Source: Barthelona sp. PAP020 (Eukaryota). From it: a stretch of 64,000 nucleotides of DNA. The DNA lies in the NCBI GenBank assembly GCA_040182905.1, contig JARQWU010000005.1:62001-126000 (forward strand). Direction: 5' to 3'. Shown in pieces: positions 23,244 through 34,068 of this stretch. The notes under the pieces are model-generated. The model did no database searches and had not been told where the DNA came from. It saw nothing but the letters and a program-made list of their open reading frames with translations. The translations under genes and the position numbers were made by a program. The number at the start of each line of letters is the position of its first letter. Positions within the stretch are counted from its first letter, which is position 1.

Positions 23244-24490
23244 ATGGTTGTTATTCAAGGTAATCCTAATCACCCCACTTTTCTTGCTGCTAAAGCCATC
23301 GCTACTCAACTCGAAATTGAAGTTACCCCTTCTGTCGTTGTTACTGAAGGTCCTGCTCAATTAATTTCTAAGGATGGTCGTATCAGTGGTTTAATTGCCA
23401 TTTGTGCTTATCTTTGTCAATCTAAGGGAGAAACTCTTGTTCCTTCTGGTTTGGATGGAATTAAGGTTCGTACTGCTGTCGAAGCTGTCTCAAAGAGTTT
23501 TGCCCCTCATGTTGAAGCTATCTATAACATGATTGCCGAAAATGAATTCAGATCTCCTGAAAATTTCAAATATTTCTATGGTAAGATTAGAGAATACTTA
23601 ATGAACTTGGAAAGACGTCTTGGAAAGTTCACTTATATTGCCACTGAACGTATGTCCATTGCTGATATTTATGCTGCTATGTATGTTCATGCCTCTTATC
23701 ATATGTTTGTTGGTCCCGAAGATCGTGACCGTTATCCTTCCATTTATCGTTGGTTAACTACTATTCTTAATCAAGACTTCGTCAATCTTGGAATGAATTT
23801 CATTCCCGAAACTCCTTCCTTTGAAGTTGTTGAAGTTGAAGAAGTTAGTGAAAAGGAAGCTCTTAAACTTAAGGCTCCTAGAGGAAAGATTAATCTTAAC
23901 GGTCTTAAGAGTATGTATTCTGATAAGGACACTAGAGAAGTCTTCCTTCCTTGGTTCTGGGAAAATTATGAACCTGAACTCTGGTCTATTTATTTCGCTC
24001 GTTATAAATACCCTGCTGAACTTCCCGAAGATGCTTTCATGATTACCAACACTGTTGGTGGTTTCTATTCCGTATGTTTATGTTGCTTTAAATACAATTA
24101 TACATGATGAAGTTTATTATCCCTGTCAGATGACTAAACTTTTCAACTTTTCTATTAACCTTAACCATGTTGATTGTATATTCTGATTTTTTTCTATTTT
24201 TATTAATTTAAGTTAATACTAACATTTAGAGATTCTCTCCTGCTTGTAAGAACACTTTTGGTTCTACTTTAGTTCTTCAAGGAGATGATGGTTACAACCT
24301 TATTGGAGCTTGGTTATTCCCTGTTCATGGTGTTCATCCTCTTCTTATTACCACTGGAGAAGCTGAAATGTGGCATTGGGAAAAGATGGATATTGAAAAT
24401 GAAGCTCAAAGAGAACTTTTTGCCACCATTCTTGCTTGGGAAGGTGAATTAGACAATTACACTATTGTTGAAGGAAAGGACTTCAAGTAA
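23244..24490 (+). CDS. EEF1G: Translation elongation factor 1B gamma; exons 23244-24071 and 24230-24490
   Basis: GST-like N-terminal domain plus EF1G domain (YSDKDTRE..LPWFWENY..WSIY..YKYP.EL...FMITN.VGGF). Removing the phase-0 intron restores RFSPACKNTFG...GAWLF...WEGELDNYTIVEGKDFK*. Codon bias is strong, as expected for a highly expressed gene. Confidence 0.93.
24072..24229 (+). other. Spliceosomal intron (158 nt) in eEF1B-gamma, hosting a snoRNA
   Basis: GTATGT...TACTAAC-ATTTAG; splicing restores the conserved reading frame. Confidence 0.92.
24099..24190 (+). ncRNA. snR38: Intronic C/D-box snoRNA, snR38/SNORD1-like (guide for LSU rRNA Gm2815 equivalent)
   Basis: C box ATGATGA 24104-24110; guide TTATCCCTGT 24117-24126, antisense to the conserved LSU sequence ACAGGGAUAA; D' box CAGA 24127-24130; C'-like ATGTTGA 24167-24173; D box CTGA 24183-24186. 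Ends are approximate. Confidence 0.85.
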
Positions 24491-24681
24491 ACTTGTTTCG
24501 AATGTGATAAATTTTTGTGATTACCTCCTGTATTTCTACTTTTTTTTTCTTGTTTTTTGACTTGACGAATTGTGTATAAATAATGAATCAATGTTTGAAA
24601 ATAGAATCATTAAGCTGAAAATATTTTAATTAAAAACAAAAGAAAAGAAATTTACATATAAAAGCTTCCACCACAAAAAAA

Positions 24682-26931
24682 TTAAAACAAAGAATCGGTA
24701 TCTGAAAAATACGTATTATCATCATTTGTGTCATCCCCAGAATCCAACAAAGAAGCAGTCATGCCGTCTTGAAATTTCTCTCTCAACTGCTTAAAAGAAT
24801 TTGACACAGGAATATTAGGTCTGGGTAATATCTGCAATAAATATGATAATTTCTTTTCATAGCCAATAACTTTAACATTAATTTTTTCATCATTGTGTTC
24901 TTGTAACTTTGAAATTTGATTTAAAGTGTGAATTTTGGGATAAAGACTAATTATTTTCTTTTTAATTCTTTTTTGCTTCAAAATGAAACAAATGCTAAAG
25001 AAAAACCCGCAATTTAAAACAAATAGACACAAGATTTCAATATATTGCTTAATTTGTGGTTGAACTTTTATTTGGATTGTATAATAGGGTGAATGGAAAT
25101 ATTTATTGTATGCTGCAACAGTAATAACGTCGTCATTTTGAGCACAAAAAGGACTTCGATAAAAACAAGGTTGTAATTCTGTACACACGGGATTCAAAGC
25201 AGTTGTGGGATCTATAGCTGCTTCAATATTTGTTGGTAAATGACCTTCAGCATTAACAAAAACGATCTTACCACTTCCTTTGATAGTTACTGTTGACAAA
25301 GTCCAATCATCATTACAACCCGCTGTAACATATATTGAAGGAATACTTGGTATAGTTTCTACAACAACCACAATACTATCACTGACTGAATTATTGAAAA
25401 TAGTGTGGGTTTTTTTGATAAACAAGTAGTTGGCTTTTGCATCATAGTCTTCAAAAGATTCACTGCTTTCAAGTTGAATACAGTTGTCTTCATTGCTATA
25501 TTCTAACCCTATGTAGTTATCTTCGACAACTAACTTCGAAATATTTGTATGATAGAGAATGTCGCTTTCTAAGCAAAAGTATGAATTGTAAACATAGTAG
25601 ATGTTTTCGTCATAGATAAAATATCCATTGATATTGATGGAATCATCTATGTCACCAATTGAGATATTTAAATGAGTAACGTTGGAATAATGAAATGAAT
25701 CATCACAAGCCTGCATTGCAACATGAACATCTTGAACTGTTGAATCAAGTGAAAACTCTTCAAACAGATCTAAACCCAAAAGAGAATATTCTGCATGAGA
25801 ACAGGTAACCTCACAATCATCCCCCAGACAATAATGTAACGTCAAGGAAAAAAGTTGAGACAAAAGCACATGTGAAGCAAAAATAGTACTTTCTCCATCA
25901 TACCAAAGCACAGGTGCCGCTAAAACAGTTAGAAAAATGACATCCTGACTCAATCTAAAACTGTTTAGTCCTTTATTCGCATCAGCAACATACCAACATT
26001 GATATCTAACCCGAACATTACTACCAACGAACGATATATAAGTATTTTCATCAAGATCAATATATTTGGAACCATCTGAATTATAAAGAACACAATTCAA
26101 TGTACAATCAAGTTCTTCCTCCAATGTTGAGTTTGAAGAATGAATGTCAACAACTATATCAGCATACGCAACAATAGGCAAATTAAATAAAGGCAATGGA
26201 CAGACATAATCTCCTTTTTTTGTGAAATTAATCGTGTTTAAACTCATAAGCGAAGGGTTTTCTTCATATGTAACATCGATAGAGTTCAAGTCTGAATCAT
26301 AATCCTGATTCTCATCTTTAGCCCATGTGTTATTGATGTTGACAAAACAGTTTCCAATGGTCCCAAAATACGAAGTTTGTTTTTGTAAAAAGGCTTCATC
26401 CATGAAAAACTTGCCCAAATATTCAATCAATTGAGAAAACTGGTCATTGGTGTAATTGTATGCTAAGCTGCTGTAATAATCAATCCAAATATCAAAACTA
26501 GGTTTTAATTTGTCGAATTGTTCAACTAAATATGTATCATTGAAATATGAAACATAATATGTGTCAAAACTGCAAAAACTGAAATTGTAGTAAAAATGAA
26601 TTTTTTCACCAACAAAAGCTTCTCTGAAACCTTGATATAAGAGGAGGATATTGTCACAACAATCTTGGTTATAAGTGTGTCCAAAATTATTGTCAACAAT
26701 GAAATTATTCCACAAAGCATTTGTCAAATTCTTGTTGAAATCACACATTGTTGGTAACATTTCGAACATCAGATCTCTGTTCATAATGTACATTATATAT
26801 TCATCATTGCATTGTTCAGAATTTATACCACAATCATAGTCTTGTTGAAAAATTGAAGAATATTCATTTGGTTCCCAATTACATATGAAATAACTCACAC
26901 ATAATATAATTGTTATTATTGGAAGATGCAT
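24682..26931 (-). CDS. Putative type I membrane/surface protein of unknown function
   Basis: N-terminal hydrophobic signal (MHLPIITIILCVSYFIC), Cys/Tyr/Asn-rich ectodomain, one TM helix (ILCLFVLNCGFFFSICFIL) followed by a basic stop-transfer (KQKRIKKK). Confidence 0.65.
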   Translation of the reverse strand: MHLPIITIILCVSYFICNWEPNEYSSIFQQDYDCGINSEQCNDEYIMYIMNRDLMFEMLPTMCDFNKNLTNALWNNFIVDNNFGHTYNQDCCDNILLLYQGFREAFVGEKIHFYYNFSFCSFDTYYVSYFNDTYLVEQFDKLKPSFDIWIDYYSSLAYNYTNDQFSQLIEYLGKFFMDEAFLQKQTSYFGTIGNCFVNINNTWAKDENQDYDSDLNSIDVTYEENPSLMSLNTINFTKKGDYVCPLPLFNLPIVAYADIVVDIHSSNSTLEEELDCTLNCVLYNSDGSKYIDLDENTYISFVGSNVRVRYQCWYVADANKGLNSFRLSQDVIFLTVLAAPVLWYDGESTIFASHVLLSQLFSLTLHYCLGDDCEVTCSHAEYSLLGLDLFEEFSLDSTVQDVHVAMQACDDSFHYSNVTHLNISIGDIDDSININGYFIYDENIYYVYNSYFCLESDILYHTNISKLVVEDNYIGLEYSNEDNCIQLESSESFEDYDAKANYLFIKKTHTIFNNSVSDSIVVVVETIPSIPSIYVTAGCNDDWTLSTVTIKGSGKIVFVNAEGHLPTNIEAAIDPTTALNPVCTELQPCFYRSPFCAQNDDVITVAAYNKYFHSPYYTIQIKVQPQIKQYIEILCLFVLNCGFFFSICFILKQKRIKKKIISLYPKIHTLNQISKLQEHNDEKINVKVIGYEKKLSYLLQILPRPNIPVSNSFKQLREKFQDGMTASLLDSGDDTNDDNTYFSDTDSLF

Positions 26932-27285
26932 ATCATCATCAATGCTATTATTTCAAGAAAAATATTTATTTCGCGCTTTTTCTTTTCAATAAAGGGATTT
27001 TTTGTTGTTGTAAGTTTTTTTTTTCAATCTTTTTCAATAATAAAAGCAATGAACGATTTTTTAATGACTTAAAATCACATTAATTGGTTGCAAACAAGTC
27101 AATTCATGAGAAAAAAAGAAATATATATTATTTTACATTTATTTAAGATTGAAAAAGAGAAGTTTTTCAACAACACACAATGTAAATAGAGGACAAACCA
27201 ATGAACTGTCATATCATCCAAAAAAAAAACTGCCTTGAACTCACAAAAACAAAATACAGAAAAATCTAACTGACAAAATGAAGTG

Positions 27286-29262
27286 TTACGTTTCCATATT
27301 GCTCTCATTATTTTCAACATTTGTTTCTTCCTTTATAAAAGGTTCCTTCTTCAAGGAAACAGTATTTTTTCTTCTATTTTCATCAAAGATAGTATTCACA
27401 ACAGATGAATCATTTCTTTCAATGAACATTCTGTTATAAATGTTGTTAGGAATAAAGATACAACGGAAATCGTGTTTAACTGGTAAAAAATAACGTGACC
27501 AACGTGAATGCATTTTCCTCAATAGTGCATCTTTATTCCAATCTTGTTCTGGAGTAATCTCGGGTTTTAACACTGACAAATCTCCAATCTTTGATGGTTC
27601 AATCAAGAACTCATTCCTGACACCGAATTTTTGATTCAGCAACACCAAATCGCTGCAATTTTGTTCAAAAAATATGGATTCAACGTTAGCTTGACTGACG
27701 GAATCGCCTCTATTTCTTTCAAAATCCAACCAAGTATCTCTAATCAAAACATATGAATTTTCATTAGGGTTAAGTGTTAAAGCCTTTTGAAAACCAGTTC
27801 TGGCTATTTCAACACTTTCACAAAGGGTTAAACTGTGTAGGTATTCATTCAAATAGATCTCATCGTTTATATAATCAAGTAAATATTGCAATAGAATATT
27901 TAAACATTGCTTTGGGTTGTTTGCCCTGACCAAATCGACATAAGTTAAAACCAATTCCTTTGATCTGTGATTTTGCATCAATTTCATGAAGATACATAGA
28001 AGTTCCCGATTATTAGCATGTTGAAAAGCAAATCTCAAAAAATTACAGGTTACATACTTATTACCTGGTTGTAATTTTAAAAGTGATTCAAAAACATACT
28101 TACATTCAGCAAACATTTCTCTTTGTTCTAGAATTTCAACAAAATACAAATATAAAAAGGTAGTTTCTGGGTTCATTTTAATAGCTTCAATTAAAATTTT
28201 CTGAGTATGGATATGTTCTATCGTACCTAATTTAGGTGTTAAAAATTGTTTAGCAAATTTAAACCAAAGTACTAAATTATTGGCATCTTGCAAGATTTCC
28301 AAACGAAAAATTAAATCAATTCGTCGAATAAAATCTTCTTTACGTAATTCTGAAGGATTGGTTAATTCATAACCTAAAAGATCATTGAAACAATCTTCTC
28401 GTTCTTCTAATTTACTGATAAATAAAGGTCGATACAACGAATCCATAATTTTACCACATTCAATCTTGCTTTTGAATTTTTCTTCAATTAAAGCAGTAGA
28501 AGCATCACTAAATTTGCTTGAAATACGATAAGAATCCCTAAAGGGTTGTTCTGATGCCAATACCAAAATTTTCAATTTTAAACCTCGGAAAAATTCAACT
28601 TCCTGATCTTCATTTGAATTAGCAATATCTAACGTATCTAATAATTTGAATAAATTTTTCAAAAAGTCTCCAAAATTCATGTAATCATGTTTCACAATAG
28701 AAACAAAAAAAACAACAAATTTCTTTAACCTTTCATAGACACTCAATTCAACTTCAATGAAATAACTGCGATCATATTCTTCTTTTAACCCTTGTTCATT
28801 CAAATCATCTCGAACTCGAACCAAATTCAATTTTAATTCAGTTGCAACATAATATTCAATCAAACTTAAAATTACATCAGTATTTGGTGAAATTAGTGTG
28901 TATCTCAAGAATAATGATTTTAAAAAAACAAAAGTTTCTTCAGACACATTCCATAACATGTTAATGATTTTTTTAAAAAGTAATGATCGCATGGGGAAAC
29001 GTTGTAAACATTTATTAACAATATCTTGTAAAAAAGTAGAATTTTCTTCTTTTATTATTAATTCTATCAATTTTATCCAATATTCTTCTTTATCTGGTGT
29101 TCTAAGTAAGCTTTCTTGCTCTTGAAACTTAATTTCGTCAAATTCCAATGGTGGTGGAAATATGATAGAATCTTCTTTCCATTCAATAACAGAATGTGGC
29201 TCCATAAAATGCCAATTATCATCTACTTCAATTGTATCATTACTTTCAAAAAGATTATTCAT
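27286..29262 (-). CDS. CSTF3: HAT-repeat protein, likely cleavage stimulation factor 77 (CstF-77/Rna14)
   Basis: Helical HAT-like repeats; YELTNP...RRIDLIF...LWFKFA and WLDFERNRGD resemble conserved CstF-77/Suf segments. Confidence 0.6.
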   Translation of the reverse strand: MNNLFESNDTIEVDDNWHFMEPHSVIEWKEDSIIFPPPLEFDEIKFQEQESLLRTPDKEEYWIKLIELIIKEENSTFLQDIVNKCLQRFPMRSLLFKKIINMLWNVSEETFVFLKSLFLRYTLISPNTDVILSLIEYYVATELKLNLVRVRDDLNEQGLKEEYDRSYFIEVELSVYERLKKFVVFFVSIVKHDYMNFGDFLKNLFKLLDTLDIANSNEDQEVEFFRGLKLKILVLASEQPFRDSYRISSKFSDASTALIEEKFKSKIECGKIMDSLYRPLFISKLEEREDCFNDLLGYELTNPSELRKEDFIRRIDLIFRLEILQDANNLVLWFKFAKQFLTPKLGTIEHIHTQKILIEAIKMNPETTFLYLYFVEILEQREMFAECKYVFESLLKLQPGNKYVTCNFLRFAFQHANNRELLCIFMKLMQNHRSKELVLTYVDLVRANNPKQCLNILLQYLLDYINDEIYLNEYLHSLTLCESVEIARTGFQKALTLNPNENSYVLIRDTWLDFERNRGDSVSQANVESIFFEQNCSDLVLLNQKFGVRNEFLIEPSKIGDLSVLKPEITPEQDWNKDALLRKMHSRWSRYFLPVKHDFRCIFIPNNIYNRMFIERNDSSVVNTIFDENRRKNTVSLKKEPFIKEETNVENNESNMET

Positions 29263-29363
29263 CTGAATATAATTATTTTAAAATGAAAAAAATTCCTGTT
29301 TGTTTCATGATGAAATGAAAATTATTAATTTTTAAATATTGCAAGGTTAAATTACCACTGAAA

Positions 29364-31514
29364 ATGAGTAATTTTTCAAAAGAGATCAATAATAATTTAG
29401 TTGATTTATTAAATTCAAGAAAATACAAATCATTATTGAAAACATGCAATAAGTTATCATTAAAAATTAATGATCCAATGATTATATTATATGAAATTAT
29501 CGCCTTATATAATTTAAGTGAAAGGAGATCTGCTTTTGATTTATTAAAACAGAATATTGATGTTTTTAATCATAATCATTTATACATGTTAAAGTATTTA
29601 TCTGGAGAAGTTTGCAATATAAATTATGTGAAACAAATATTTGAAAAATTTATCAATGAAGAAAAATTGAATGATTTCGATTTTGTGAATTATTTTTCTT
29701 TTTTGATCCATGATTATCAATTTAATGAAGCTTATGATGCATGTTTAAGAGCCAATCGCAATAAAAATTTGGAAAAATCAATGATTTTTCAATTAATGCT
29801 AATAGCTTCTATTTTTTGTGAGGATGATAAAAAGAAGTTGTTAATGAACTCTTTAATTAGTAGAAATATGGAATTGTTAAGCGTAAATACCAACAGCTTA
29901 TTGCTATTAAAAGAGTTTTATAAGAATGATGAAATTAGATTGTTTGAATGGTTTAGAGCCCATAAAGATTGTTTTGATACTGAAATTAATTATTTGATTG
30001 AATTTTTGAAAGCGAAAATCGGTTTTAAACAATTTGATGCGGAATTTTTTGAGCTATTACAAAATGCCATTGCATTGGGAAGTTATGAAGCTTGTAAAAT
30101 AAAGATTGATTATTCATTTGGGGAAGGCCCAATGTTATCTAGTAAGGACTTAGATTATGCTAAAGAAAAATTAACATTGGTTCAATACGAATCTTTGATC
30201 CTTGAAATGGAGATGAAAATGATTTTAACTGGTGATTTGGATGCAAATATTGTTGAAAATGTTGTTGATTACATCCAAATGTTTAGTCATCGTTTAACGG
30301 AAGCGAATTTTTTTTCTAACTTTCTATTAGAGTCTATTGATGATATCAGGGAACAATTTTGGTCCAAAATTGAGGAAAAGCTTGTTAGTATCAAGGATAA
30401 AACGATTCTTTTCAAAATAGCGTTGGATTTACCAAGTATTGTACCAAGTTTCTTAATAAATTGTGAGCATAATGTGGATGATAAAATATTGTTAGCCAAA
30501 GCTAAATTACATATGAGACCAAATGGTTATTTTACTGTTGTTCCAGAATTAGAGGCTTTAAATACAATCGAATCTCAATTGATGCTGATACAATGCTATG
30601 AAAGATTGGGAAAGTTTTCAAAAGTTTCGAAAGTTTTAGACCTGAAGATATCTTCGGTTCAATATTGTTCTTTAGGAAATATCATTCTTCGACCTTTAAT
30701 TTTAAGTGGAAGACTGGAGTTATTTCATCAACTTTTCGAAAAAGTCAATAAAAATATGAGTTTGAAAGATTTATTCAAGTTTTCGTATTTTAACACTGCT
30801 ATTGAAAAGAATAATTTATCTTATGGTTATCATCTGTTGAAGCTTAGTAGAGAAATGCTTAATTCTTCCTTTTACATAAGTCTATTATCCATCATGAGTG
30901 TTATTTATAATTTACCTGAATTTTTAGATAGTTTGTATCCATTAGAACAAGAGATAATTGATAATAGTGATAAATTTGTTGCTTTTGAAAAGAGTGCATT
31001 AGATTTTGAAATGAAATGGTTTAGTAAGCTTTTGTATTGTTTTTCGAGACATATTTTAGATTGTGAAAACAGTATAGAACAATTGGAAACAACCATTCCA
31101 TTGTTTTTTGCTCATAATTCAACCTATGAATATTTGTATCCTCTAGCAAGAATCATCCCTTTGCTATCTTATGAAGAATCTATATATTTTTCTAATGCAG
31201 AAGCAATTGATGAATATTTTGATCGATTCCTTAACCAACCTTTACAATTCAACCAATTATTTGGTTGTTTGACTTTTGTTAAATTACTCTTATGTGCCTT
31301 CTTAATCAAAACCAAAAAAATAAAAGGAAAAAAGATTTACAAAGACTTTAGGAAGAAAATGGTGAACATTGGGAAAGGATTTCAACAAATTATTTCTAAA
31401 TTTACGGAAAACAATGATAATGATGAGTTTAATTCGTTATTGGTGAGTGAAGAAAGTGAATATCTGGTTGAAGAATTTCAAATCGGCAATTTTGAAAAAA
31501 TCTTTCATTTTTGA
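29364..31514 (+). CDS. NAA25: NatB auxiliary subunit-like (NAA25/Mdm20)
   Basis: N-terminal LLNSRKYKSLLKTCNKL resembles the Mdm20 N-terminal helix. LDLKISSVQYCSLG resembles the conserved LxIKxIQxDSLG motif. The protein is all-helical. Confidence 0.55.
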   Translation: MSNFSKEINNNLVDLLNSRKYKSLLKTCNKLSLKINDPMIILYEIIALYNLSERRSAFDLLKQNIDVFNHNHLYMLKYLSGEVCNINYVKQIFEKFINEEKLNDFDFVNYFSFLIHDYQFNEAYDACLRANRNKNLEKSMIFQLMLIASIFCEDDKKKLLMNSLISRNMELLSVNTNSLLLLKEFYKNDEIRLFEWFRAHKDCFDTEINYLIEFLKAKIGFKQFDAEFFELLQNAIALGSYEACKIKIDYSFGEGPMLSSKDLDYAKEKLTLVQYESLILEMEMKMILTGDLDANIVENVVDYIQMFSHRLTEANFFSNFLLESIDDIREQFWSKIEEKLVSIKDKTILFKIALDLPSIVPSFLINCEHNVDDKILLAKAKLHMRPNGYFTVVPELEALNTIESQLMLIQCYERLGKFSKVSKVLDLKISSVQYCSLGNIILRPLILSGRLELFHQLFEKVNKNMSLKDLFKFSYFNTAIEKNNLSYGYHLLKLSREMLNSSFYISLLSIMSVIYNLPEFLDSLYPLEQEIIDNSDKFVAFEKSALDFEMKWFSKLLYCFSRHILDCENSIEQLETTIPLFFAHNSTYEYLYPLARIIPLLSYEESIYFSNAEAIDEYFDRFLNQPLQFNQLFGCLTFVKLLLCAFLIKTKKIKGKKIYKDFRKKMVNIGKGFQQIISKFTENNDNDEFNSLLVSEESEYLVEEFQIGNFEKIFHF

Positions 31515-31721
31515 TCAATAATAAAGGCTTTTCCGTTTCGTTTTTTTTTTGTCACGCTAATAAGAAAGTTGAACAAATAAAAAACAGGATCATATTTTTA
31601 CTTCCAATGCAATAGCAATATAAACAGAATCTCAAAAAATCTAATTAAATCAAAGAATAATTTGTTTATTCATTTGAAATTCTATTTTGAAACATACAAC
31701 AACAATGAAAAAAGAAAACCC

Positions 31722-33869
31722 TCAAATATCATTCATCAACGCAAATTTTTCAACCAAACGTTGAATTTGCTCAAACTCAACAACACAATTCAAAGGGACG
31801 CTCATGAAATCTAATGCACATACTGTCTTTACTAACAAATCATAGTCTTTTAAAGAAAAACCTTTTGGAAATCGTTGACTGAAATGAGTTAACATAGTCA
31901 ATTTCACTTCAACCTCAGAAATTACTTTGATGATGTCGTTTGGTGTACTATGACCCTTAGCAATTGCATCTTCTTGTAAATCTGGTGTCAATGTGCATTC
32001 TTGAATGTATAATGTAGCATCTTTAGCTAATTCAAGTAAATTTGATGAAAAACAACAATCACCAGTGTAGCTAACAACATAATTATCAACTCCATCAACT
32101 ATTTCAACACGAATACCCCATGCGCTACTGTGATGAACAACGGGTAAACATAAGATTTTTGTTGAACCCAAATTTAATTCAATTCTTTTCTCAGTAAACA
32201 ACTCATAATTACTCAAAATTATTTTGTCATCAGTATAACATTCTGGTACAATGGATTTTAAAAACGATAACAATACTCTATTGGTTAAAGGAATAATGAT
32301 CAAAGGACAATCAATTCCTAACCTATACAAAGCATATAGAACACCTGCCAAACCCAAATAGTGATCAGCATGTCGATGTGATACAAAAATAAGCTGTAAA
32401 CGTTGAAGAATTTGAATTGTTTCTTCATAGCCAAAACGGGAAAACAATAAATCAATGGTGCCTTCGCCGCAATCAAATAGAATCGATTGATGATTGTTTG
32501 GAATATCAAGCAATAACGATGGAACATTTCTGAATCTTCCAGGCTTTGATGCACCTGTGCCCAAAAAGGTTAAATTTGGAGAAAACATTTCCATATGTTG
32601 TTTATTTATCAACGCATTGAGGTGAGAGAAATCGAAGTCATCATGAATCAAAAACTTTGAATCGACCTCAAATTTTGACCTGAAAGAAATGTCTTTCTTT
32701 TTAATTGGCGCTAAAGTCATTTGAAGTGCAGGAATATTGACATGAACATTCTGAGGTGTCGTGATTTGTCTGCGAGCTACATCGTAGACAATATTAAAAT
32801 GTTCGAACAACGACAACAAATTATCAGTTTCTTCAGTGCGAAGTATCGAAGTAGAATCTTGTAGTCCCTGAGAATAATTTCCAAAAACACTTGGACAAAC
32901 ATTTTGAGTGAGATAACACAACGATTTGAAGCCATAATGGTTAAAATGACTGCTAACAACATCATCAGCAACAAACACATAGTGATTCCAATTTACCAGT
33001 TTTTCCCATGATTTTGCTAACCTCAACACTTCTTCCAAACGTTCTCCTAATACACACAAAATTTCAAGGTTCTTTTTACTCGCAAGAATTTCTCTTTGCT
33101 CAAGATTTGTTGCCTCATTCATTTGAATAAATGCACAAAATCCAGGAACACGAGCACCCATAACATCTTCAGAACGAATGAGAGTACCGTCAGTCAAAAC
33201 AACGTCAAGCCCTTTTTGAAGCTGTGCAAACATTGGTCCCTTAGGAACATTCAAAGCTTTAGCTTTTTTAACATCAAATTTACCAGGTAAATCAGGTGTT
33301 TTAAATAGGACATTCAATTCTGAGAATGAAGCAAAATGTGGAAAATGATTTATGTCAAACCCTATTTCTTCAACAATATCTCTGCTTAAAAGATGATACC
33401 CTTCATCGTCAACAGGAAATAAAGAAGAATAATCAATTTCATTTGGATTTTTTGTGTCTTGTCCAGTGCATACAAAAGAAGCTTCAACAACATCCAAATT
33501 TAATGTTAAAATTCCATCACAATGCTCAATTTCATAAATATGCCATCTGATCTTGTGTGAAATGCCATCAACCCAACTTAGCAAATACTCAAAAATTCCT
33601 TTTGGTCCGATGATATAAAGATCAATATATTCTTTATCTTGAGCTAATTGACAAAATCCTTCAGAATATGAAAAGATAAAACCAGGGAATCCATTAATAT
33701 ATGGAGGCAATAATGATGTAAAAACAAAATATTTTGTTCGTAATATTCGATTTTTTAGCTCTAAACAAGCTCTTTGAGTCCCTTCAGGACAATTAATTAA
33801 TATTGAAGATGCATAATCTAAAAATATTTGAAATCCTCTGTTTTCGATTGAATTAAACTCCAACAACAT
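31722..33869 (-). CDS. ELAC2: Long-form RNase Z (tRNA 3' endonuclease, ELAC2/Trz1)
   Basis: NCPEGTQR pseudo-motif, flexible arm PGKFDVKKAKALNVPKGP, FLGTGASKP..RN, FDCGEGT, SHRHADH, YTGD, HST, LTHFSQR. Confidence 0.93.
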   Translation of the reverse strand: MLLEFNSIENRGFQIFLDYASSILINCPEGTQRACLELKNRILRTKYFVFTSLLPPYINGFPGFIFSYSEGFCQLAQDKEYIDLYIIGPKGIFEYLLSWVDGISHKIRWHIYEIEHCDGILTLNLDVVEASFVCTGQDTKNPNEIDYSSLFPVDDEGYHLLSRDIVEEIGFDINHFPHFASFSELNVLFKTPDLPGKFDVKKAKALNVPKGPMFAQLQKGLDVVLTDGTLIRSEDVMGARVPGFCAFIQMNEATNLEQREILASKKNLEILCVLGERLEEVLRLAKSWEKLVNWNHYVFVADDVVSSHFNHYGFKSLCYLTQNVCPSVFGNYSQGLQDSTSILRTEETDNLLSLFEHFNIVYDVARRQITTPQNVHVNIPALQMTLAPIKKKDISFRSKFEVDSKFLIHDDFDFSHLNALINKQHMEMFSPNLTFLGTGASKPGRFRNVPSLLLDIPNNHQSILFDCGEGTIDLLFSRFGYEETIQILQRLQLIFVSHRHADHYLGLAGVLYALYRLGIDCPLIIIPLTNRVLLSFLKSIVPECYTDDKIILSNYELFTEKRIELNLGSTKILCLPVVHHSSAWGIRVEIVDGVDNYVVSYTGDCCFSSNLLELAKDATLYIQECTLTPDLQEDAIAKGHSTPNDIIKVISEVEVKLTMLTHFSQRFPKGFSLKDYDLLVKTVCALDFMSVPLNCVVEFEQIQRLVEKFALMNDI

Positions 33870-34068
33870 TAATAATAATAAAAAAATGAAATAATAATGG
33901 AATAAATAATAAAGAAATACTTAACAGCATCAATAAGCACTTTTAATTCATTCATTCGAATATCATTATTTTATCAATAGAATATTTCATTTAATGCAAA
34001 AATGCTTTTTCAAGGATAATTGCAAGAAAGGTTTGACAAATAAACATTTTTTCATTTTTTTATTTGCG

